Shown: positions 20,101-28,900 of the stretch, piece after piece | Layout: each line of letters begins with the position of its first letter | Numbering within the stretch: position 1 is the first letter of the stretch | Assembly (NCBI GenBank): GCA_040389905.1 | Contig: JAZJZK010000013.1 | Span: forward strand, 1 to 64,000 | Source: Gemmatimonadota bacterium | GTDB taxonomy: Bacteria > Gemmatimonadota > Gemmatimonadetes > Gemmatimonadales > Gemmatimonadaceae | Length of the DNA: 64,000 nucleotides | Direction of reading: 5' to 3' | Made by a program: the position numbers and the translations under genes | The notes under the pieces: model-generated | Told to the model about the DNA's origin: nothing | Seen by the model: only the letters and a program-made list of their open reading frames with translations | Databases searched by the model: none

Positions 20101-20996
20101 GGTCGCTCGTGCAGTGTGCTGTTGAGGGGTATTGAACGTATCCGTTCAGTCGGCAGCGGGTTCTCGCGGCCCAACCCGTGACGAACCTCGGACATCGGAT
20201 CGCGGGTCGCGCGCGGGAGTCGATCGATCCAATCGAGCATGACGCGTGCTTGCTCCTCCCATCCGGGCTCGCCGAAGAGGAAGTGCCCATGGCCGCGCGC
20301 CACGTGCAGTGGCGATCCATACTTGCGGGCGACGTGGTCCGCCACCCGAAGGGACATGAAGCGGTCGTGCTCGCAGCCGACGACGAGCATGGGGCATCTG
20401 ACCGCGCGTGCGGGAACCTTGAAGACTCCCAACGCGATCTGGCGCGCCGCGCGGCCACTGTCGGCGACGAGCCGCGTCCGAATGGCCTTGCGGTCGGTTG
20501 CCGCGACGCGGTTCAGGAGGAGCGCGTCGAGATCGCGATCGTTGGGAAGAAAGGGACGGGAGAGCAGGAAGGCGGGGAGATAGTTCATCATCCGCGCGAT
20601 GAGCCGCGGCGTAAAAACGCTGATGCCGCGAGCGGGGGCCGGTGAGATGAGGACCGCTGCCCGCGTGAGATTGCGTCCGTTCATCATCAGCGCGAGCAGC
20701 CCACCCAGGGAGTGACCGATGACGATTGGCCGATCGAGCTGGCGCGCGGCGGTGGCGGCATCCCGTCCGAAGTCGGTGAGGGACTGCCGGCCAATCGAAG
20801 CGAGGACGTCGTTCGGCGGATGGCCCCGATACGACAGCGCGAATGCGGGGTACCCGCGCGCAGCAATGAGCGGCAGGAGCTTCTGGAAAAACCAGCTGCC
20901 GGTAAACATGCCGGGCAAGCACAACACGTTGGCGCCCGTCGGGTTCACGGGGCTGACGGTATCGAGGTGAAGTGGTGGAGCGGGCGTTGCCGGCAT
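20097..20996 (-). CDS. Alpha/beta hydrolase
   Basis: GHSLGG nucleophile elbow, HD acid, GH catalytic His. Confidence 0.85.
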   Translation of the reverse strand: MPATPAPPLHLDTVSPVNPTGANVLCLPGMFTGSWFFQKLLPLIAARGYPAFALSYRGHPPNDVLASIGRQSLTDFGRDAATAARQLDRPIVIGHSLGGLLALMMNGRNLTRAAVLISPAPARGISVFTPRLIARMMNYLPAFLLSRPFLPNDRDLDALLLNRVAATDRKAIRTRLVADSGRAARQIALGVFKVPARAVRCPMLVVGCEHDRFMSLRVADHVARKYGSPLHVARGHGHFLFGEPGWEEQARVMLDWIDRLPRATRDPMSEVRHGLGRENPLPTERIRSIPLNSTLHERP

Positions 20997-21104
20997 TACG
21001 TCGTACTATCGGCATCGCGCGCCCGTGAAGCAATGCCTCGCGCGGGAGGGACACGATGAGCGTTCGCAGGTTAGAATGCCAATTCACCCATCGTCACTGG
21101 TTTC

Positions 21105-21443
21105 GTGAAGTCGTCGCCGATTACGCCCGCGTCAATGCTCGAGCCATACGCACACCACGTCCTGGTTTGCGTCGGCGGCTTTTGCTCGCCGAACCGCGAG
21201 GGGAGAATGCTCTATGCGGAGCTGGCTCGGCTGTTACAACGCGAAGGGCTGTTGTTTGGCCCACGCCGGGTCAAGCGCGGCGAAACGCCCTGCCTCGGCG
21301 TCTGCGTGGGCGGGCCGATCGTGGTGGTGTACCCGGAGGGCGTGTGGTATGCGGGTGTGACGCCTGAGTTGCTCGAGCGGATCGTGGTCGATCATCTCAA
21401 GGGCGGAAAGGTGGTGGAGGAGGCGGTATTCTTCCGCCTCTGA
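21105..21443 (+). CDS. Thioredoxin-like [2Fe-2S] ferredoxin
   Basis: HVLVC....C, CLGVC..GP..VVYPEGVWY. Confidence 0.85.
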   Translation: MKSSPITPASMLEPYAHHVLVCVGGFCSPNREGRMLYAELARLLQREGLLFGPRRVKRGETPCLGVCVGGPIVVVYPEGVWYAGVTPELLERIVVDHLKGGKVVEEAVFFRL

Positions 21444-21485
21444 ACAGCGGTGGCCGGTGTCGGGTTTCGCAGCGCCGGACTCAGA

Positions 21486-21617
21486 TGTGACAGGTGCTCA
21501 GTAGCCAGCCGCAGCTGACAGAGCAACAGGGGGTGTGGCGTACCAAGGGCGATGCGCCAGAGCGCCACACCCCCTGACATTCTGTTGGCTGCGGCTGATC
21601 ACTGAGCACCTGTCACA
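21486..21617. repeat. Long imperfect palindrome, family C
   Basis: Arms 21486-21540 and 21563-21617 are reverse complements; a half copy lies at 40706-40762. Confidence 0.8.
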
Positions 21618-21680
21618 GCCGATGCGTGGCGCACTGAACACCTCACACGCCGGGCCTTGCCACGCCCCCAACAACCCCCC

Positions 21681-21965
21681 ATGATGAACGCTGTGCCCGA
21701 CGACTCCATTCTCTTCTCCCGCTTGCTTCCCCACGGCCCCGCCGTTCGCGTGCGTCGCACCTCCGACGCCGGTGTCACCCCCGTCACTGCCGTCCTCGAG
21801 GTCGATCGCCGCGCCGGCACGCCGCGCGAGCACGAGGGAGGGTTCCCTCCGCCCCTCATGATCGCCGAGGGCAAGTCCGAGGCTGACGTGCTCGCTGCGC
21901 TCGAACCGCAGGCGCGCGATGACCGTTTCGTTGCCGGGCTGATGCGAGAGAAGGGCCTGCGCTAG
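21681..21965 (+). CDS. Hypothetical protein
   Basis: Short ORF with natural composition; convergent 4-bp overlap with the HNH gene. Confidence 0.6.
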   Translation: MMNAVPDDSILFSRLLPHGPAVRVRRTSDAGVTPVTAVLEVDRRAGTPREHEGGFPPPLMIAEGKSEADVLAALEPQARDDRFVAGLMREKGLR

Positions 21966-22261
21966 CGCTTCCGATCCAGCTCGTCGCGAACCGAACGCAG
22001 GATCCTCGGCCACACATGTGCGGCCGCGCGTACAAAGAAAGTCTTGTGCGCCACCGGATCACTCTGGAGAAAATCCGCGAGACGCAGGGCGCCTTTGCGA
22101 GCGTTGCACGCCCCACACGCCGTCACTAAGTTGCCCCCGGAGCGATCACCGCCGCGAACTCGCGGCTGCACATGGTCAATGGTGAGCGCCTCCGGCTCGA
22201 ATCGCTCGCCGCAGTACACGCATTGGAACTCGTCGCGCGCGAAGATCTGCTCCCGTCGCAA
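21962..22261 (-). CDS. Small HNH endonuclease
   Basis: IFARD..CVYCG...LTIDHVQP..RGG....NLVTACGACNARKG. Confidence 0.85.
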   Translation of the reverse strand: MRREQIFARDEFQCVYCGERFEPEALTIDHVQPRVRGGDRSGGNLVTACGACNARKGALRLADFLQSDPVAHKTFFVRAAAHVWPRILRSVRDELDRKR

Positions 22262-22575
22262 TGAATTATCTCCCGTCCCGCCGCAATCTGTTCGAGGCTG
22301 CGCAGCGCTACCTGCTGGAACGCACCGAAGAGAACATCGACAAGGTCGCCGGTGATCCGCCGCGCCTGACTACCCAAGCCATCCAGAGTGTCCGCATGTC
22401 CCGCTCCCGCGACCGAATTCTCGCCAACCTCGACGATATGTACCGCGAAGCCTTCGAGCGCGCCAAAGCAACGGGCGACGATGCCCAGATGGCCACGCTC
22501 GATTTCGCCTACCGCCGCGAACAGCTGTATTTCGAGATCCTGCTCGACGTCCGCGACGCCGTTGAGAAGCGGTAG
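22261..22575 (+). CDS. Hypothetical helical protein
   Basis: Natural composition and GC3-rich codons. Confidence 0.65.
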   Translation: MNYLPSRRNLFEAAQRYLLERTEENIDKVAGDPPRLTTQAIQSVRMSRSRDRILANLDDMYREAFERAKATGDDAQMATLDFAYRREQLYFEILLDVRDAVEKR

Positions 22576-22626
22576 CCGTTGCTGGAACTGCAGTCCAGCG
22601 CGTAAGCAAGCTGAATCTCGCCGGAA

Positions 22627-22749
22627 CATTGAAAGCGGATTGAGCGGGTCAAAAAACACGAAAGACTGATCAACCGCGAGATACTTCCTTGCCGGTCACG
22701 CAAGAAATCAGATCTTATCCGCTTCCATCCGCTCAATCCGCGTTCAATG
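22627..22749. repeat. Palindromic repeat, family D
   Basis: cattgaaagcggattgagcgg...ccgctcaatccgcgttcaatg inverted arms; a 21-mer is shared exactly with 50499-50519. Confidence 0.75.
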
Positions 22750-22766
22750 TGCCGGCGAAAGAAGGA

Positions 22767-23723
22767 CTACCGCCCGAACAACGACCCCGTCGTCCCCTCA
22801 CTCTCCGGCTTCGCCTGCGGCCACACGAGTGACGCGATGATCGACCCGGCCAGCACGACGACCACCACGCCGAGTGACAGCATGATCGGAATGTGGATCC
22901 AATGCTCGAGCAGCATCTTCGCTCCGACAAACGTGAGGATGAGCGCGAGGCCGTACTTGAGCAGGTAGAACTTCGTCACCACCGTCGCGAGCAGAAAGAA
23001 CAACGAGCGGAGCCCGAGCACCGCAAAGATGTTCGAGGTGAAGACGAGGAAGGGATCGCGCGTGATCCCGAAGATGGCCGGAATCGAGTCGATGGCGAAG
23101 ATGAGGTCTGTGGCCTCGACGAGCACAAGCACGAGCAGCAACGGCGTTCCGACGCGCTTGCCGTTCTCCACGGTGAAGAAGTGCTTGCCGTGGTACCCGC
23201 TCGTCATCGGCAGGAAACGACGTGTGAACTTCACGACGGGGTTCTGTTCACCGTCGAATTCCTCGTCCTGCTTCGTGGCCATCCGGATGCCCGTGATCAC
23301 CAGCAGCGCGCCGAAGATGTAGATGATCCATTCGAAGCGCGCGAGCAGCGCGGCACCCAGGCCAATGAAGAGGCCGCGCATGACGAGGGCACCGAGAATG
23401 CCCCAGAACAGCACACGGTGCTGGTGCTGCGCCGGAACGGCGAAGTACTGGAAGATCAGGACGATGACGAAGATGTTGTCGACACTGAGCGACTCTTCGA
23501 TCACGTAGCCGGTGAGGAACGTCAGCGCACTCTGTCGGTCCACGAGCACGGCGAGCCCGGCGGCGAACGCCAGGGCGAGACCGACCCAGACGCTCGTCCA
23601 CGTCAACGCCTCCTTCGCCCCAACGACATGCGGCGTGCGGTTGAAGACGCCGAGGTCCAGAGACAACATCGCGAGCACGAAGGCGATGAAACCCACCCAG
23701 AACCAGATGTTGGTTGCGATCAT
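22767..23723 (-). CDS. TerC/Alx family membrane protein
   Basis: ESLSVDNIFV, EATDLIFAIDSIPA, TSNIFAVLGLRSL. Confidence 0.92.
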   Translation of the reverse strand: MIATNIWFWVGFIAFVLAMLSLDLGVFNRTPHVVGAKEALTWTSVWVGLALAFAAGLAVLVDRQSALTFLTGYVIEESLSVDNIFVIVLIFQYFAVPAQHQHRVLFWGILGALVMRGLFIGLGAALLARFEWIIYIFGALLVITGIRMATKQDEEFDGEQNPVVKFTRRFLPMTSGYHGKHFFTVENGKRVGTPLLLVLVLVEATDLIFAIDSIPAIFGITRDPFLVFTSNIFAVLGLRSLFFLLATVVTKFYLLKYGLALILTFVGAKMLLEHWIHIPIMLSLGVVVVVLAGSIIASLVWPQAKPESEGTTGSLFGR

Positions 23724-23800
23724 GACGAAGGCTCGCTGGTGTGCGCCTGAAACGTCAAGCGCTCTTTCGCGCACCGCGTACCAATGCCACACTCTCAGGC

Positions 23801-25516
23801 ATGCCCATACGACGTATCCGCACCCTCGCCGCAATTCTCCTCGCCACCATGTTCAACCGCAATTCCGCCGAATCGCAGAGCGAACCGGCCAACGCCCTTC
23901 GGCGCGCGCCGGCGCCGGTGACCGCCCTCGCGATCGTCAACGCCAAGGTCTGGACCGGCGACACTCGGCGGCCATGGGCCGACGCCGTCATGATCCGGGG
24001 CGAGCGAATCGAGGCGGTCGGTGCGAGCGCGGAAGTCCGGAAACGTGCCGGCAACGGAGTGAAGGTGATCGATGCAAAGGGGATGATGGTCACGCCCGGC
24101 TTCATCGACGCGCATGTGCATTTTCTCGATGGAGGCTTCGCGCTCGCGTCCGTTCAGCTTCGCGATGCGCCGACGAAGGCCGAGTTCATTCGTCGCATCA
24201 AGGCATTCGCCGCCACGATTCCCAAGGGTACGTGGATCCTGAACGGCGACTGGGATCACACCAACTGGGGCGGCGAACTTCCCGAGCGCGCCTGGATCGA
24301 TTCAGTGACGCCGGACAACCCGGTGTGGATCAACCGGCTCGACGGCCACATGAATCTCGCGAATTCGCTCGCGCTCACGGCAGCGAAGATCACGCGTGAC
24401 ACGAAGGACGTTGCGGGAGGAACGATCGTCCGTGACGCGGCCGGCGAGCCAACCGGCGTCCTCAAGGACAATGCACAAGACCTGATGTCGAAGGCGGTGC
24501 CCGATCCGAGCATGGAGATGAACCTGCGGGCGCTGGATGCCGCGATGACGTACGTCGCCGAACGCGGCGTCACGAGCGTGCATCACATGGGTGGCTGGGG
24601 CGATCTCGCGGTATTCGAGCGCGCGCATCATGACGGGTCGCTCCGAACACGGATTTCCGCGGCCGTTCCGCTCTCGACCTGGGCCCGGCTGCGCGACACC
24701 GTTGCCGCGCGCGGACGTGGCGATGAATGGCTGCACATCGGTGGGCTCAAGGGATTCGTCGATGGCTCGCTCGGCTCACACACCGCGGCGATGCTCGAGC
24801 CCTTCTCGGATGCGCCGTCCGATCGCGGGTTCTTCGTGAACACGGAACAGCATCTCTACGAATGGACGAGTGGCGCCGACAAGGCGGGGTTGCAAGTGAT
24901 CGTGCATGCGATCGGCGATCGCGCGATTCGCACCCAACTCGACATTTTCAATCGCGTCGCGATTGAGAATGCAGCCCATGAGAGACGATTCCGCATCGAG
25001 CACGCACAGCACATCGCACCGGCCGACATCGCGCGTTTCGGGAAGCTCGGCGTCATCGCCAGTATGCAGCCCTATCACGCGATCGACGACGGGCGGTGGG
25101 CGGAGAGGGTGATCGGCCATGAGCGCGCGAAGGGGACCTACGCGTTCAAGTCCTTGCTGGACCATGGCGCGACGTTGGCGTTCGGCAGCGACTGGTTCGT
25201 CGCGCCGCCGACGCCGCTGCTCGGCATCTACGCGGCGACCACGCGACGGACGCTGGACGACAAGAATCCCAACGGATGGATTCCGGAGCAGAAGATCACC
25301 GTCGACCAGGGGTTGCGCGCCTATACCGCCGGAGGCGCCCGCGCGGGCTTTCAGGAGAAGGATGTCGGTGTGCTGCGGGCCGGTATGCTCGCGGATCTTG
25401 TTCTGATGGACCGGGATTTGACACGCATTCCTGTCGAGACGATCAGGGATGTTCGTGTCATGCTGACCATGGTTGGTGGCCGGGTGATATTCGACCGTGA
25501 CGGAATCGCGAGGTGA
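23801..25516 (+). CDS. Amidohydrolase (YtcJ-like, Amidohydro_3), probably exported
   Basis: PGFIDAHVH, DGH, DGSLGS, HAIGD, RIEHAQ, GSD. Confidence 0.9.
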   Translation: MPIRRIRTLAAILLATMFNRNSAESQSEPANALRRAPAPVTALAIVNAKVWTGDTRRPWADAVMIRGERIEAVGASAEVRKRAGNGVKVIDAKGMMVTPGFIDAHVHFLDGGFALASVQLRDAPTKAEFIRRIKAFAATIPKGTWILNGDWDHTNWGGELPERAWIDSVTPDNPVWINRLDGHMNLANSLALTAAKITRDTKDVAGGTIVRDAAGEPTGVLKDNAQDLMSKAVPDPSMEMNLRALDAAMTYVAERGVTSVHHMGGWGDLAVFERAHHDGSLRTRISAAVPLSTWARLRDTVAARGRGDEWLHIGGLKGFVDGSLGSHTAAMLEPFSDAPSDRGFFVNTEQHLYEWTSGADKAGLQVIVHAIGDRAIRTQLDIFNRVAIENAAHERRFRIEHAQHIAPADIARFGKLGVIASMQPYHAIDDGRWAERVIGHERAKGTYAFKSLLDHGATLAFGSDWFVAPPTPLLGIYAATTRRTLDDKNPNGWIPEQKITVDQGLRAYTAGGARAGFQEKDVGVLRAGMLADLVLMDRDLTRIPVETIRDVRVMLTMVGGRVIFDRDGIAR

Positions 25517-25933
25517 GTGCCGATGGGTTCGTCAGTGCATTGTGTCGCAGTGTTGCTCGCAGCGGCAATTACCGCGTGCGGCGCCCCGAAACCGTCGCGC
25601 GATACCGGAGGTGCCGCGACGGACAGTAGCGCGCAGTCGCGAATCGCCGCGCTGGAAGTGGAGGCGCGCGCGCTCGCTCGGCTCGATGGATGTGCGTCCG
25701 CGAACGAATGTCGTAGTGCACCGGTGGGTGAGCGTGCCTGTGGCGGGCCGCGCACCTACATCGTCTATTGCGCCGCGACGACGGATTCCGTCGCGCTCTT
25801 CAGGAAGCTCGAAGAACTGCGCCTGCTTGAAGTCGCTGCCAACACGAGCAGCAACGCCATGAGCACCTGCGAGTTCAGGCTGCCACCGATACCTGGATTC
25901 GAGGCGAAGCGCTGTCGAGCCCCGACTCCGTGA
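25517..25933 (+). CDS. Cysteine-rich hypothetical lipoprotein
   Basis: Lipobox ITAC; six further Cys including ACGGP. Confidence 0.75.
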   Translation: MPMGSSVHCVAVLLAAAITACGAPKPSRDTGGAATDSSAQSRIAALEVEARALARLDGCASANECRSAPVGERACGGPRTYIVYCAATTDSVALFRKLEELRLLEVAANTSSNAMSTCEFRLPPIPGFEAKRCRAPTP

Positions 25934-25947
25934 TGCGGCGGTGGTCA

Positions 25948-25981
25948 AAACGGAGCGCGGTGAATTCACCGCGCTCCGTTT
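25948..25981. terminator. Bidirectional intrinsic terminator
   Basis: Perfect 34-bp palindrome aaacggagcgcggtgaattcaccgcgctccgttt between convergent genes. Confidence 0.85.
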
Positions 25982-25984
25982 CAG

Positions 25985-28900
25985 TTACTTCTTGATCGGC
26001 AGTCGTGACGGCGCTCGATTGCGAGCGGTTGGAATGGGTCGTCCACGCAGTTCGCTCGGCCCACCTCGCAACTCGCAGCCGACCTCCGCGGGAGCCTTGC
26101 CGTTGACGGTTCCACTTCCATTAAAGATCGGATAGGGATCGTCATCGGTGTAGCAGCTGCCGAAACGCACCGTGCCGTCTGCGCGCAGTGTTCCGCCCGT
26201 ATCGAAGAACAGCGCCCCAGTCGTGGCGAGTGTTTTTCCGGCCGCGACTACGAACGGACCGTTCGCGACCGCGAGGAAGGGGAATTCGCCACCACTCAAG
26301 GTCAGGTCACTCAGTAGCGAGACACCCGCATGGTTGTCGGCGTAGAGGCTCGCGATCGTGTTATTCACCGGATCGGCGAACTGCATGGTCTGCGCTTCAC
26401 CGCCAACCATCGACACCTGATGCACGCCGGACGACTTGAACGCGATGGGACCGCTGCCGTTGAGTTGCGTGAAGTTTCCGCCAACGTACAGCGCGCCGCC
26501 GGTGAACTGATACCCGGCAGATCCAGCGCCGCCAAAGGTGACGTGTGACGCGGCGTAAATCTCGCCATTCGCCAGCGATCCAGTGCCGTTGAACGATGTT
26601 GCGCCGTAAAGGTCGAGATACGAGCCGCCGTACATTTCGAGCCGTCCACGGATTTGAGCCTGACCGTCGATCTCCGTAGTGGAGTAGGGAAGGACAACGA
26701 GGCTGTCGCCCAGGAGGTCGGCATCGCCCTCCACGTAGAAATTCCCGCTGCCGGCAACCTTGACGAACGAGCCGGCGTTTCCGACCAGTCGTCCGGCGAG
26801 GGCATTTTCGACGATCGCGCCGCAGACCACCGTCATCAGGTCGTACGCAAACGCATCACGCAAGTGGGCGTACTGCGGGCTCGCGCCACCACAGCTTCCT
26901 GCACCGACCGTCAACTTGTCGAAGATTCCTCGGATATCGACAGTCCCCTGCACGATCACCGTGCCGTTCCAGACGTACCCGCTGCCCTCGTAGTCGCTAC
27001 GAGACTCGCTGGAGCGTCCGTTCAGTCGCCCTCTGGGCATGAGGGTTCCGCTGCGGACGGCAGTGCGGAATGACTCACCCTCGTACTCCGTTCCCCCCAT
27101 GTCGATCGGTCCGGCCACCGTCAGTTGCTTGCCGTTGAGATCGATCTGTGAGCCGGCCGACATGTACAGTCCGCCGACCGTCTTGTTTGCGGCAAGCCTC
27201 GGCCATGGATTGCCGTAAAACGCGGCGATGTACGGCACGTCCGACGGCGACGAGGGCGCGGTGGACGACATGTCCGACATGCGGATCCAGCTCTGCGCGC
27301 GGTCCCAGTCGTAATACGTTTCGGCGGTGCCGCCGAACCACACATGCGTCGCGGCGTACGGCACCGTCGTCACGAACGCTTTCGTCGAGAATTCGCTCGG
27401 CGTCGAGGCGGTGATCGTGCAACCAATCCTCATGCTGTCCGTCGTCACAGCGAGGGTAACAACGCCCGACGCGTTGGTGGTCGCTCCCCCGGGAAAGTTG
27501 CAGTCCTCGCGCTGGCCGGAGAACTGGACGCTGTAACCCGCCCCGACAGGCTGGTTGGACGCGGTCATCACGGTGAACGTGATAACCCCCTCCGCCACAG
27601 GCTGCCGAGGCAGGCGCGCGACGTAGAGGCCTGACGTCGTCACGATCGACGCCGCGGCCGGTGTGCCCGTCGTGACCGTGAGCGGCCGAATGACGAACTT
27701 CGAGAGCGCAATGCTGTTGCCATCGGCGCTGCCAGCGGTCGTGATCGCCGTCGTCACCGATCCGGACTTCGATGCCTTCGGTAGCAGCGTCACGGTGAGA
27801 ATCGTCGGCGAACCCGTCGAAAAACCGTCGTTGTCGAAGACGGAGACCGCGAGCCTGCCCGTCGACGTGTTGGCCGTGTTGACCGTGTACGACGGTCCTT
27901 CGCCAAAGGAGCCGTTTGTCCTGCTCACATAATCGAACTGTGTTGGATCCCAGGTGACGTCGAACGTCATCGAGGCGAGGTTCTGGCCCTGCGCGTTGGC
28001 CATATCGATGATGATGGGGATGGCCATGTTCGTCCCGATCGCGCCCGACGTACTCGGCGTCGCGCCGATGTTGACCGCGATGGAAACGGCGGGCGGCGCA
28101 CCAACGTCGATGTTGGCCGAGACCACGCTGGTCAGACCCGACGCGGCGAATTGTAGCGCAATCAGTCCTCTGCCGTTGATGCCAAGATTCGTGAACGTCG
28201 CGACGCCGTTGGCGTTGGTCGTCGCGGTCGCTACGCCGGTCACGCTGCTCTCGCCGCCGGTTGTCGTCGCGGTCACGACAATGCCGGGACTCGAGACAGG
28301 CGCGCCCGATGCGTCGGCGACCTGAATCACCGGCTGCGTAGTGAGCGCGACTCCGCTCTGCGCAGTCGCTGGCGGCGCCGTCGCGATCACCAACTTGGAC
28401 GCCGGCGCGGGTGTGATGTCGATGCTGTTCGAGATCGCGTCCACAAGACCGCCGCCGCTGAACCTGAGCGTGCGAGGCCCTGGAGTGCCCGTAATCCTGA
28501 GATCCGTGAATGTCACGCGGCCGTTCCCGTCAGGAGACGGGAAGCGCGAACCCTCGAGCGTGCCGCCGCCAGACGCAATCACTGTGTTGAGTTCGATCCC
28601 GGCCTTCGTAACTGGGTTCCCCGCAGCGTCCGTGATCTGAAGAATCGGTTGCTGCGCGAAGACGACTCCACTTGCCGCTGTGGCGCTGGGCTGTGTGACG
28701 ATCGCGAACTTCGACGCATCACCCGCCGTGACGGTGATGGAAGTACTACCAGACGAGGTGAGGCCGGGTCGATTGAACTGCAAGTTGCGAGAGCCGACCA
28801 GTGCGTTGATGGCCAGATCCGAGTAGGCCACAACGCCCTCGCCGTCGGTTGCGACATGCACGTTGCCGGACAGGCTGCCTTGCGGCAGCACCTCGGCGTC

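Noticed and set aside
23724..23800. yybP-ykoY riboswitch upstream of terC
   Set aside because: The gap is only ~77 bp, shared with a divergent gene, and I could not see the consensus
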